A DNA stretch of 64,000 nt from Rebecca billardiae RCC1528 (taxonomy: Eukaryota > Protista > Haptophyta). Positions within the stretch are counted from its first letter, which is position 1; each line of letters opens with the position of its first letter. Position numbers and translations under genes: made by a program. Shown in pieces: positions 46,710-58,548 of this stretch. Location: assembly GCA_965240325.2 (NCBI GenBank), contig OZ251232.1:620001-684000 (forward strand), in the 5' to 3' direction. Under the pieces are notes generated by a model. That model was given only the letters and a program-made list of their open reading frames with translations, made no database searches and was not told the origin of the DNA.

Positions 46710-49700
46710 TCAGATGAGCATCGAGTAGTGCGCCTCGACAAAGTGCTTGAACTCGTGCTGTGCTCGGCGGGGGCGGCGCGCACACGCAATGTCGGCCGTA
46801 CCGGCGCGCCCGCGGCGCGCGGCGAGCGCGTGGGTTGTGTGCAGTGTGAGCGTGCGGTGTGAGCGCTTGCCCGCGAGCGAGCTCGCGCGGGCCTCGAGCG
46901 CGGCGTGTCGCTGCGCACCCTGTCGATCTGCGTGTCGCCGCCGCCGCCGAACATCTCCTGCAGGAGCTCGTCGATCTCCTCGTCCTGCATGCCCGTGGGC
47001 AGCTTCTGCAGCTCGTCGCGGAACTCCTTGAAGGAGACGACGCCCGACTTGTCGTGGTCGAGGAGGTCGAACCTGCGCAGCGGCGCAGCGGCGCAGCGGC
47101 AGGGAGGCGCGCGCGCAGGCAGGCCGGACCATCGCGGCCAGGCGCGCGTCGGGCGCGTTGCGCGCTCAGCCCGTGCGCCAGCGCCACTCAGCCCGCGCAC
47201 GCGCCCAGCGCCCGAGCGCGCGCGCCGGGGCGAGCTGCCCGCGCGCGCACATGGAGTCGCACAGCTCCTGCACCGACTGCTTCTCCTCCGCCTCCTCGTC
47301 CACCTCGGACGCCATCACGGTGAGGAACTCGTCGAGCGAGACCGAGCCCGAGTTGTCCACGTCCATCTCGTTGCTGCGCCGCCGGGGCGCGGGGCGGGCG
47401 CGGGCGCGAGGGACGGAGGCCGCGAGGCGCGGCGGCGTGAGGGCGGCGGCGGGCGCGCACGGGCGCCCCGCCCGCCATCGCATCGCGGCGCGCGCGCCGT
47501 GCTCGCGCGCTCGGCGTGCGCGCACAGCAGCATGATCGCCTCGGCGTCGGTGACCTTCTGGCCCATCGAGTGCAGCAGCGCCTTGAGCTCGACGCCGTCG
47601 ATGTGGTCGTCGTTGGTGGTGTCGAAGAGGCGGAAGGCCTGCTCGAGCTCCGCCTTCATCTGCGGGTTGCGGTCGAGCACCGCCATGGCGCGCATCTGCT
47701 CCGCCTTCACCTCCTCGTCGGTGAGCTGGCGCTCGTCGGCGGGGACGCTCGCCGCGCGGCTCTTGAGCTTGCGCAGCTGGCGCGAGTGCGACTGCATCAC
47801 GGTGAGCAGCTTGAGCAGCCGCAGCGACAGGTCGAGCTTCTGCTGCCGGAAGACCCTCTGCACGGTGCCATCCTTCTTCATCATGCCGACCGACTGCGTC
47901 ACGACCAGCAGCGGCAGCAGCGGCAGCAGCAGGTACATCGCGACGACGACGGAGAGCAGCGCGGCGACGAGCATGAAGACGCCGATCACGCCGGGCTGCT
48001 GCAGCATCTCCGCCGCGAAGATCGACTGCAGCCCGATCACGTACACCGCGTCGGTGAGCAGCACGGTGCGCACGATGTGGCACATCCACTCGGGCCCGCG
48101 GTGCGAGAGGCGCAGCGGGTAGAGCGCCTCGTGCCTGTCCGCGCGCTTGAGCTGCGGCCGGAGCATGTACGGCGGGAGCGCGTCGGGGTCGCCGCTGCGG
48201 ATCTGCTCGAGCGACGACGTCGGCGGCGGCGAGAGCTCGAGCACCATCCCGTGCAGCGCGCGCTTGAGCCAGAGCAGCACGAGCACGCAGAACCAGCCCC
48301 AGAGCAGCAGCACGATGCAGATGCCCGTGTTGTCGTGCGCCTCCTCGCCCGCCTGCTGCGCGGACATGCTGAAGAGCGAGTTGAAGAGGTAGACGAGGAT
48401 GATCGAGGTGGCGACGAGCACCCACGTCACCGGGTGCACCTCGACGATCTCCGCGGTGATCCCCGCCGAGCACTGCGTGAGGTACGCGCCAAAGTTGAAG
48501 GTGTCGTTCGGGTCGTTGAGCTTGATGCGCTTGCCCTCCGAGCCCTTCATGCCGTGCACGAAGCGCTGGCGGAGCTGGAGGAAGAGGTACAGGCTCGGGT
48601 CCTTCTTGCGCAGCTGCCAGTCGTCCGTCGACTCGTCCAGGTCGAGCGCCGGCCCCTCGTCGATCTGCCGCTTGTACCCCGACGGCGTGCCCAGCCCGAT
48701 CGGCACCGCGCCGCCCTCTCCGTACCGCGCCTTGAGGTAGTCGTCCGTGGGCGGCGGCAGCGACGGCAGCTGGATGCCGTCGCCCGCGCCGACGGAGCCG
48801 CCCTCGGCCTGCTTCGCGCGGCGGCGCGCCTCGGCCGCCGCGTCGAGCGCCGCGTGCTGCTCGAGCTCGCGCCGCTTGCGCTCCACCTCGCGCCGCTTGC
48901 TGCGCTGGCTCTGCAGGTAGTCGGTCGCGCGCTTGTCCAGGTGGCGCCACATCGACGCGGCGCGGTTCTGCACAAAGATCAGCCTGCGGGGGGCGCGGCC
49001 GCGCGGGGCGGCGCGGGGCGGCGGGCGGGCGGGCGGGTGGGCGCTGAGCCGCACCGCCCGTACGCCGCACCGCGCCACCGCAGCACCGCGCCCGCGCGCG
49101 CGCGTGCGTGTGCGCGCTTGTGCGCGCACCAGCCGATCAGGAAGAGGAAGAGGACCATCACAAAGAAGAGCGCAAAGTGCACCTTCTCGAAGAGGTGGAG
49201 CAGGTGGTTCGGGTCGTGGTACACGTGGTTGGAGAGCGTGGTGAACACGCCCGAGTCCATCAGGAAGAAGGTGATCAGCGCGATGAAGCCGAGCACCGTC
49301 AGCTCGCCAAACAGCGCCTGCAGGATGATGTGCTTGTGCTCGTCCACGGAGTGCTCGAGGTAGTGCTTCGACTTCTCGAAGATGACGGAGAGGAGGATGA
49401 GCGAGAGCATCAGCAGCAGCGCCATGTCGTCGTCGAGCGGGCTGGCGTGACCGCCGTGATCGTCGTGCCCGCCGCCGCCGTGCTCGCCGCAGCCGTGCGC
49501 GTCGCCGTGGCCGTCGCCGTGGCCGTCGCCGTGGCCAGCGCCGTGGGCGTCGCCGTGGGCGTCGCCGTGGGCGTCGCCGTGGGCGTCGCCGTGGGCGTCG
49601 CCGTGGGCGTCGCCGTGGGTAGCGTGATCGTCGGGAGAATGGTCGTGCCCGTCGTCTACCGCGTGCACGGGAACGTCGCCCGCATGGTCGTCGGCGGTTG

Positions 49701-49866
49701 CGTGCGCCTCGTCGCCGTGGCTTTCCGCGACCGCGTGCGCGGTCTCGCGAAGCTCGCGGGCAGGCTTGGCGAACAGAGTGGAGGTGGATGGCTGCCGGCC
49801 GAAGACGCTGTGCCCAGCCGCGGCTTGCAGCCCCACCAAGCAGGCCAGCACGACGACGGCGCGCAT
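46710..49866 (-). CDS. MLO-like multi-TM protein with a His-rich N-terminus and a C-terminal calmodulin-like EF-hand domain
   Basis: Exons 49866-49130, 48983-47526, 47373-47251, 47072-46919, 46757-46710. MLO-like motifs LSVIFEKSKHYL, LQALFGELTVLGFIALITF, LFEKVHFALFFV, FNFGAYLTQCSAGITAEIVEVHPVTW. EF loops DTTNDDHIDGVE, DVDNSGSVSLDE, DHDKSGVVSFKE and a degenerate fourth. Confidence 0.82.
49500..49620 (-). repeat. 12-bp coding tandem repeat encoding (GDAH/GDGH)n
   Basis: GCCGTGGGCGTC units on the + strand, about 10 copies. Confidence 0.93.
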
Positions 49867-49984
49867 GGCAGCACCGAGCAGCCGCAAGAGGACGCCGGCG
49901 ACGAAGGTGGTCTCGACTCCCCGACCCGCCGCCGCCCGCCGACGCGACGTTTCGCAAAAAGAAATGTGCGACGCTCGCCGCACG

Positions 49985-51667
49985 ATGGCGGCGCCTCTCG
50001 TGAAAGTCGAGCAGCAGCCAGCAAGACCTTCACCTGGTGTGCCTGTGCGCCCCGGCCCGTCGGGACCTCGGCCGAGCCTCTCTTCGGCCGGCGGCGCGAC
50101 GCGCACCCGCGGCATGTGCGCGCTCGCAACAGCCGGAGTGCACGCCATCCTCGCGAGCTGCGCGGCCCTCCAGCCGTCATGGCGTGGCTATACCATGCAG
50201 CAGCTGACACACTCGCCCGCGCCAGCCACGGCCGCGCCCGACACGAGCGACGTGACCACGCACCTCGTGCGCCAGCCGTTGGATCACTTTGACGGCAGCG
50301 AGCGCCGCACGTGGACGCAGCGCGTGCACGTGCGCGCGACCTTCTTCGAGCGAGACCGTCCTGGGCCGGTCTTCCTGTGCGTCGGTGGCGAGGGCCCACC
50401 GCTCGGGCCGGAGGCACTCGTCGCGTCCGTGCATTGCAACGACGCGGTCGAGCTGGCGCCTGTCGTGGGCGCTCTGCTCGTCGCGGCGGAGCATCGGTTC
50501 TACGGGCCCGACGCCGCGGTGCGGCCGCTGCCGTCCTTCGACACGCCCTCGCTGCGCTACCTCTCGTCCTCGCAGGCCGTGACCGACCTCGCCAACGTGC
50601 ACGCGTTCGTGAGCGCCAATCACTCACTCGACGCGCGCCGCCATCGCTGGGTGAGCTTCGGTGGCTCCTACCCGGGCCTGGTCGCGGGTTACGCGCGGCT
50701 GAAAATGCCGCACCTCTTCCACGCCGCCGTCTCCTCCTCGAGCCCGTGGCGCAGCGTCGTGGACATGCCGCAGTACAACGACGTGGTCGCCAGCGCGCTC
50801 GCAAACCCGCTGGTGGGCGGCTCGGCCGCGTGCGCGGAGGCGGTGCGCGCGGGGCACGAGGCGCTCGGCCACGCGCTCAAGCGCCCGGCCAGCCGGCGCG
50901 AGCTCGCGGGCATGTTTCGGTGGTGCAACGCCTCCTCGCTCGAGCGCGCGTCGACGGCGCGCGCGTGGGCCGGCGCCGGCGCCATCGCCGTGCCCGCGCA
51001 GTCGAACGACCCGGCGTGCTCCGCGCCCTGCTGCGACATCCGCGCCGTCTGCGCCGAGATCGGGCGCCCGGCGGACGGGCAGGCGGCGCTGCGCGCGCTC
51101 GCGCGCGTGAGCCGCGCGCAGCGCGGCTCGGGCGGCGGCGCCGAGGCGTGCATCGCCGACGATGAGTTCGACCCGGAGGCGGCGATGCGCGAGCTCGAGC
51201 GCCCCGCCAGCGCCGCGCGCGCCTGGCCGTACCAGACGTGCGCCGAGTACGGCTTCTTCCAGACGTGCGAGTGGGGCTCGCGCTGCCCGTTCGTGCGCGG
51301 CGCGCTGCCGCTCGCGGACTCGTTCGCGATGTGCGAGCGCGCGTTCGGCATCCCGCCCGAGCAGGTCCGGCGCCACGTCGCCGCGACCAACCGGCGGTAC
51401 GGCGGCGCCTCGCCGCGCGCGACGCGCGTGCTCTTCCTGAACGGCGACGTCGACCCGTGGAGCGCGCTCGGCGTGCTCGCGTCGCCGGACGGCAACCGCA
51501 GCGAGGTGACGATGGTGGTGCGCGGCGCGTCGCACCACGCGTGGACGCACCCGGCGGACACGGTCGTGCAGCCGGCCGTGCGCGATGCCAAGCGTGCAGT
51601 CTGGCGCCAGGTGCAGGCCTGGCTGCACGAGCCCGACTCGGACGCCGCCGAGCCGATCGAGACGTGA
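49985..51667 (+). CDS. Serine peptidase family S28 (PRCP/TSSP-like)
   Basis: QPLDHFD, FLCVGGEG, AEHRFYG, YLSSSQAVTDLA, nucleophile FGGSYPG, WPYQTCAEYGFFQT, FLNGDVDPW, GASHH. Start is 49985 or 50114. Confidence 0.92.
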   Translation: MAAPLVKVEQQPARPSPGVPVRPGPSGPRPSLSSAGGATRTRGMCALATAGVHAILASCAALQPSWRGYTMQQLTHSPAPATAAPDTSDVTTHLVRQPLDHFDGSERRTWTQRVHVRATFFERDRPGPVFLCVGGEGPPLGPEALVASVHCNDAVELAPVVGALLVAAEHRFYGPDAAVRPLPSFDTPSLRYLSSSQAVTDLANVHAFVSANHSLDARRHRWVSFGGSYPGLVAGYARLKMPHLFHAAVSSSSPWRSVVDMPQYNDVVASALANPLVGGSAACAEAVRAGHEALGHALKRPASRRELAGMFRWCNASSLERASTARAWAGAGAIAVPAQSNDPACSAPCCDIRAVCAEIGRPADGQAALRALARVSRAQRGSGGGAEACIADDEFDPEAAMRELERPASAARAWPYQTCAEYGFFQTCEWGSRCPFVRGALPLADSFAMCERAFGIPPEQVRRHVAATNRRYGGASPRATRVLFLNGDVDPWSALGVLASPDGNRSEVTMVVRGASHHAWTHPADTVVQPAVRDAKRAVWRQVQAWLHEPDSDAAEPIET

Positions 51668-52263
51668 CGATGACTCGTCCGACGAGATCGCCGATTCGCC
51701 GCGAGCGTCGAGGCCGCGAGGGCTTTGCCAACGACGGGGTTGCCGCTGATGCGCGCAGATGACTGTCATCGTCAAACGCGTCATCTGCGCGTGTCACATC
51801 GTCATCCGGCGATGACGATGATGATTATAACTACGGCCATTGTCATATTGATGACGATTGTCATCATGATGCCGCGTGCGCGGCCGGACGTCGGGGGCAG
51901 ATGTGGCTGATGCCGCGGGTGCTGCCGCGCACTCAAAGCGCGCGCCAACGGCCAGTCGCCATGCTTCGCGCGCGGCAAGGGAGCAGCCGCGGATGGCTGT
52001 GCTGACGAAGTGCTTGATGCTGTTGTCGATGATGAACTTGATGGGAAGAAGCGCTATACCCACGCGCTGCGGCATGGCTGCCGACTGAGAGTCAGGGCGC
52101 GCGCGCCTGACTCGGTGAGCAGGGAGGGCACCGACGACGCTCCAAGCAGAGGTATCGGTGGGCACGCGCCCCCGGGGCGCCCCCGCCACACACACCCGCC
52201 CTCGCGCGCGCGAGCGGCGCGTCACGTGCGCGCGCTGCCGGGCGAGGCGGAGCGAGCGGCCCC

Positions 52264-52387
52264 GGCCGCTCACTCCGACTCCGCCTCCTTGCCGTGTGTG
52301 GGCGCGTTGAGCTGCATGGTGAGGTGGCCGCTCACTCCGACTCCGCCTCCTTGCCGTGTGTGGGCGCGTTGAGCTGCATGGTGAGGT
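52264..52387. repeat. Perfect 62-bp tandem duplication spanning the stop codon of the adjacent gene
   Basis: 52264-52325 is identical to 52326-52387 (GGCCGCTCACTCCGACTCC...CATGGTGAGGT). Confidence 0.95.
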
Positions 52388-53854
52388 CCTCGCGCAGCAG
52401 CGCGGCGTGGTCGTCCGCAGTGCACCCCAGCGCGGCGCACCACGCGGCGCACACCGCCTGCCGCTGCGTGAGCAGCTCGTCCACCGCGAGCGACGGGTCG
52501 AGCAGCTGCAGCTCGCCCGAGCTGCTCGTGCGCATCACCGGCGGCTGGCTCATCAGCTCGACCAGGTACCGAGCGCCCTCGAACCGCGTCTCAGGCCTGC
52601 GAGGGGGCGCGCGCGGCGCGCGGCGCGGGTGCGGCGGGTGAACGCGCTGAGAGCCGCGGGCGGCGCGGGGTCGGGTGCGAGGCGACGCGCGCCGGGCCCG
52701 CGCGCGCGCGGGCGCAGCGCGCACGTCTCGAGGAGCGGCCGCCATGCCTCGAAGCGCTCGCGCAGCCACGCCACGGTGGCGTGCTTGCTCGACGAGCCTG
52801 CGCCCTCGTCGCGCTCGAGCTCGCGCAGCGTCCTGAGCGTGGCCTCGCGCATGAGGGCGCGCTGGAGCATGTCGTAGTTGAGCGCGCGGAAGGGCGTGGA
52901 CGAGCCCGACCACGAGCGCGTCGCCTCGGCGAACGTCGCCGCCACCGGCAGCGGCACCTTGGGCCTGCCATCGCTGCTGAGCTCCTCGACCTCGAGCGCA
53001 GCGGCTGCCTCGGCCATGCCGTCGGCCGCCGAGGTGCCGCTCGCGCCGAAGCCCGGCGCGTCCGCAGGGTCGGCGCCCTGCCCCTCCCCCGGGCCGACGG
53101 CGCACAGCTCGGGCCCCGCCTCGCCCTCCGCCGCCCGCCGCTTGCTCTCCTCCTCGCTGCACAGCCACGCCTTGATCCGCGCGCCGTCGGCCGCAATGAT
53201 GGGCAGGTCGTGCAGCCACTCGTCAGAGAGCTGCGAGCGGATCTGCATGAGGCCGCGCGCGACGCGGCGCGGCTCGATCGTCTCAGTGTACTCCCTGTAC
53301 GCCGGCCCCTGGTTCTTGAGGTACGGGTTGTTGCGCCGGCTCGCCGACGCCGCCGCCCACGGCGCCTCTGCGCCGTCCGCCGTCGCCGTCGCCGACGCCT
53401 CGCCGTTCTTGCGCGGCAGCAGGTCCGGTGTGCCCACGCGGTACCGCACGGTGTACTCCTGCGGGCCGGAGGAGAGCATCGTGCGCAGGTAGTCCTGCCA
53501 GTCGCACCGCAGCCCGTCGAGCCCGCGGAATTTGATCGTACTCGTCATATCGCCCGTGCGCGTCGCGCGCAGGTGCTCGTGGCCCAAAAAGCTCTCGAGC
53601 CAGCGCCCCATGAGCTCGTTCTTGAACTCCATGGCGTACGAGAGCTGCGCCTGGATGGAGCTCTGCAGCAGGAGCTTGCGCGGCACCTCGTTGCCGTCGC
53701 GCTCGCGCGAGGCAGCCAGGGGCCGCGCGCGCGCCGGCGCCGCGCGCCCCGCGACGCGCGACGCGCCAACGGCACCACGCGCCAGGACGTGCGGCGTGGC
53801 GGGAGCCGCGAGGAGGGCGGCGAGTATTGCGTACTTAGATGCTGACCGCCACAT
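52332..53854 (-). CDS. Putative plastid-targeted protein with two internally repeated helical domains resembling RbcX
   Basis: Exons 53854-52725 and 52596-52332. Signal peptide (MWRSASKYAILAALLAAPAT) plus Arg/Ala-rich transit-like segment. Both halves share the pattern WL..F...YL..M/L...P...L..R...W. The gene is well supported; the RbcX label is inference. Confidence 0.7.
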
Positions 53855-54269
53855 CTGTGCGCGTCTGCCGAGGCCCAGGGGGCACCACCCGCGCTCGGTG
53901 ACGCTTCCTGCCGGAACCGCGCCCTTCCGCAAACGCTGCCTCCGCTCGCGGAGCAAGAACTGGCGGTGCAGGCGTGCAGCCGCTTGCCGCGCGCGCGGCC
54001 AGCGGTCATCCGCGAATCTGAGGCTGAAAACAGGCTGTGCCGTCGTCACGACGTGTGGCCGCCGCAGCCAAGAACGAAAAGCCGTTGGTCGGCACTCGGC
54101 GCGGTCCCGGCCGACGGGCGGCGGGGCAGCGGGTAAAATTCTCGGCACCTTCGTCGCCCTTCGACCGGTGGCGGCCCGGCGCCCGCGGGTGCGCAGTGGG
54201 AGGGCGCGACTACCAGCGAACAACTGGGACACTCACAACTGGGACACTCCGAAGGGTCATCGCCAAGCA

Positions 54270-55350
54270 ATATTATAAAAAACACCGCCAACGTACGGCC
54301 CTTGGGGCCTTGGCCAACGGGGCGACCGGTTTGATTCCCCACAACGGATGATGGCTGCTCCTGAGCCGCACGACGGCGCAGCTCTCCTCGTTCGTCGGCA
54401 GCAGTGCCCGATTGCGGACAAGTCGGCGTTGGTGCCATAGATTGGTAGCAGAGCACCACCCGCTCCGTGATCGAACAGAATGGAGCGCGGCTTGAGCTGC
54501 TGGAGCGCGATCCACCTGCGGCGCTGCGCAGCTCGTATAGGCAGAGAGGACAGAAGACGGCTGGTGGCCTGCACAGGTATAGCCGCAGTCAGGATTCCTT
54601 CCAATGTGACTCCACGCATCCTCCCATTGCGTCTTGCATCATTCTCCTCGCACGCCCGGCGGCGACCCAGGCGGCTCATAGGGCTTCGGGTGCAAACCAG
54701 TCTTCGCGTGGCACCGAGCTATTGACGAGCAGCGCGTTGACTGAGGTAGCCCACTCAGGACTCCGCTGGCCCAAGAGAGCTGGCCTTCCGTGGCCTGTCT
54801 TGCTCCGGCACTTGCAGGCGGTTGTGAGAGCGGCCTGCCCCCCTTTCCCGAGCCGCGTGAATAAATGCGTCGCCTGCAGGCGGCACTACTACTAGTTGAT
54901 GTCAGTTTGGCGTGGCGTGTCATCCTGGCGGCGTGGGAAGCGACTTGCTCTCGTCGATCACTCGGGGTCTGACCAGACTGACAGCCAGACATACCGATTA
55001 CCCTCGTTGGCGAGGCGCGCCCCGCGGGGTTGGGGGCGGAGGCAAGGAGGCGGGCCACTAGACTGAGACTCCGGAGCCAGCGGCGACCAGGGGCCAGGAG
55101 GACCTGACTCCGGAGCCAGGGCTGCTGACGATGTGTGACAGGCAACTATAAAAATCGTCACCTCACTGGCAGCCCAGCTGCCAAGCTTATCTTCATCCGA
55201 ATCAGCTCTACATAAGTACTGCGGCAAAGTGCTGAACCTATGACCAAGCCGCATACTGACTGCACCCGCATTTGCATCATTCATCAAATTCATGCAGCAG
55301 CTCCGCGCCGGAGTCCAACTAAGACGCCGACTACTGTAGTATATCTGCCA

Positions 55351-55410
<60 letters not shown>

Positions 55411-57520
55411 ATATATATGGGGGTAGTGCTCCGGAAGGCGCTCGGCCGCCATGGGTACGGTGGCACTGCTCGTCACCGGCGCACTGGGCACCGTGCTCGT
55501 CCTCGTGCTCGTCCTCGTCGCTGCTCTCCGCCGCCGCCTGCCTGCTACCGCTCTGACCATTTCCAAGGACACGCCTATCGATTCAGAGTATTCTTCATCA
55601 CGATGACATGGCCACGGTTGCCGAGGAGTCTCGCCAGCTTGCTGCGTGAACAAGGGCCTGTCCCGCTTCGTTTCGAGCAGATGGCGATATGCCAACAAAT
55701 GGCGCGGATGGCACCATGTAGGGGGTCCAAGCCAGCAGCCCACTGATTTGTGGTATTTGACAACCATGCCATGTAGGCGTCTGCTGAGCGTGGCGCTTGC
55801 GGAGTCACCCTCAAATATGTCCCACAGCCCAGCCCAGCCGTCAGAAGCACTAAAAACCGACTCCGCGTGTCGTCGCGCGGTCGTGCGCACGCGCAGCGGC
55901 GCCCGCTGTGTCACGTAGAGATTCAGCCGAATGTTACCTACTTGTCATTGCAGCTAGATGACGATACGCGGTCGGACTTACCTATTGACAAGCGCTGCCC
56001 CCTATCCGAAGGATTTTATGGTGAAAATACCGGAAAAGTGGGGCACAATGCTGTGCGCGTAGACGTCCATGAAAAACTACTCCAAGATCGAGCACATTAC
56101 CCATTTAATTATAGGAATTTACCCGTGTATAAGAGCATGTTTAACCACTGCATATCAAATGTGGTTACTTTTATAATATATATTCAAGTACGTGCCTATA
56201 CATGGGTACCTTGCTCACTATTTGCTGGGTCATCCGAATACGGAATACGGCGGCGCCGAGACGGCTCATGCTGCCACTGGACTCACATCAGTGAGCGCCG
56301 GCCCGCGAACGCGGGCCTGATGCCGGTGGCGGGCTGCACGTGCTGCGGCACACGGCCAACTCCGCCACTGAACATGCCACCATCCCCGTATGAGAGGCCT
56401 CTCCGCCGTCGAGGCTGGCGTGCGCAGACTAGCTCGCCATGTGTGGCGGCTTCCTTGCCGGTCTCAGGTGTCACCGGCACCGTCGCCGTTCGTCGTACAC
56501 CAGCCCACTTGAGGCCGCCACCGGTCCACCTCTGCTGCGGCTACAGCGCTTGCAGTCGAGGGTGCTCCAGGTTACCTCTGACTCGGCGAGCTGCTCGGTG
56601 GCGAGCGTTGAGCTCTCTGCCTCCGCTGCCGCGCCCAGCGCGCACGCCTGCCCCGAGCACCATGCAGTCTGCACGCTGCTCCAAGACGGCCGCCAACAGT
56701 GGCGGCGGCACTCCCGAGACGAAGACACGGTGTACAGATGTGGCAGCGGCCATAGCGGAGCTTGGCGGCGCGCGTCTGCTCCGCAGCAAGCTTGACGTTC
56801 GTGACAAGGTGCACGCTCTTCGCCTCAGGGCAGCTCGGCTGCTGCATGCAGCCAAGCGGCACGCCAAGTGGCACAACAAACAAGCCGACGCGTGCCGGCT
56901 GGAGCTTCTGGCGGTACTACTGTGGGCTGGAAGACAGGCCCCGCACGTACACAGGGTCGCCGAGCTTGCTTACCACCCACGACTGCCGCGCGCTCCCGTT
57001 TGCGCACGAGCGGCCCGGATCGCGCGAGTGCATGCGCAGCGCGTGGGGAGGTGAGCACTGCACGCACCGGGCCAAGCGCCGGGGGCTGACTCATTCTCCT
57101 CATGAACTGATGGAACCAGTAGGGAACCAGGGCGCAGCGTGCACGGTTCACCTGGAACCGGGGCTGCGTTGTCCGCGCTCATCCGGATGAGAGTTTGAAC
57201 GGCGCGCAGAGCGGGGCTGTGAGGTTCAAGATGTCCGGTGAGAGCGAGCTGCCAGCGATCATTTGGCCGAACGCTGCCATGGTGGCCACCCTGACTCGCC
57301 CGCCCGCGCGCCTCTGACGCCAGAGCGCGCTCCGCCGCGCCGACGCGACGATGAAGTCCACCGCCCAGGCGTGCTGCTCGCCCGATCTCGGGCTCGACCG
57401 TGCTCTGAACGGCCACGGCCCGTGCTGCCGCAATTCGAGGCCAAAATGTTCGGAAATGCTCAGCGCGAAATCGGTCAGTCGATTTTCGATTTTAAATTCC
57501 GCGGCTTGGACCCCCTACAC
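54270..57520. other. Lower-GC, gene-poor island, possibly decayed mobile-element sequence
   Basis: Loses the strong GC3 bias of flanking genes, has an AT-rich core at ~55920-56230, and its ORFs have atypical codon usage; no termini identified. Confidence 0.3.
55353..55418. repeat. (TA)n(TG)n compound microsatellite
   Basis: Directly visible. Confidence 0.97.
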
Positions 57521-57986
57521 CATGCATGCCACACTTCGTCACGGCGCGCCGGAGTGATGCGCACACAGCAGGACACATACGTGCAGCCCGCGGCAGCTGT
57601 CGCTGACACTAGGCCTCGCGGGCGGCTCGCCGCCCACCGGCGCTGGCGAGTGCGCGCGTGCGCGGCGCTGCAGTGACTGCAGTCAGCACCGGCGGCGCCA
57701 CTCCGACTGCTCGTCCGCTTATATAGATATTATATCGTCAAGTGCAGCCTCACAGCAGCGGGCTGCTATCGGGCGTCAGGCGGACTGACGATGATCCGAT
57801 CGTCAGTCACAATGACAGTGGCGGCGCGATCGACGACCGCCATGAGTAGTCGCGTATATATTATTATTATTTGTTATATATATATGTATACGTACGGGAC
57901 TTAGGGCTAGCTAGTAGCTGCCCCCGCGGTACGTGAACGTCGGCGGAGTCCCGGAGCGCGTTAATCGCGTATAGACGAGTCGTCTT

Positions 57987-57994
57987 AGAGAGAT

Positions 57995-58072
<78 letters not shown>

Positions 58073-58269
58073 AGCAGAGAGAGAGAGAGACAGAGACGGA
58101 GATCGACGGGAGAGAGACAGAGAGACGGAGACGGGACGAGAGAGACATGCTAGACAGAGAGAGAGAGAGAGAGAGAGTGACGGAGAGACTTCGGAGAGAG
58201 ATCTCGAGAGAGATCTCGAGAGAGAGAGAGAGAGAGAGACAGAGAGAGCTGAGAGAGAGAGAGAGAGAG
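57987..58269. repeat. (GA)n microsatellite with a degenerate GA-rich extension
   Basis: Perfect GA run at ~57999-58069, then interrupted GA runs. Confidence 0.97.
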
Positions 58270-58548
58270 TACGCATCAGTATACGACGACTACTACTGCA
58301 TGACGATGACGCGAATAAATCGGCACGCAGCTGCTCAATCGCAGCACGCCTTAGCAGCGACAGCAGTCAGCGGCTGGCCTGGACGTGTCACGTGAATGAA
58401 GGTTGCGGAATTGGCTCTGCGGACCGTGATCGTGCCCGAGCATCCCGATGCGCGGCAGCATACGATCGATCCATCTCCCGCATAGATCTCCCGCATGCCA
58501 CGTCGCACCACGCGACAGAGCCGCACGCTGGCTGGTCCCGCGCCACGC

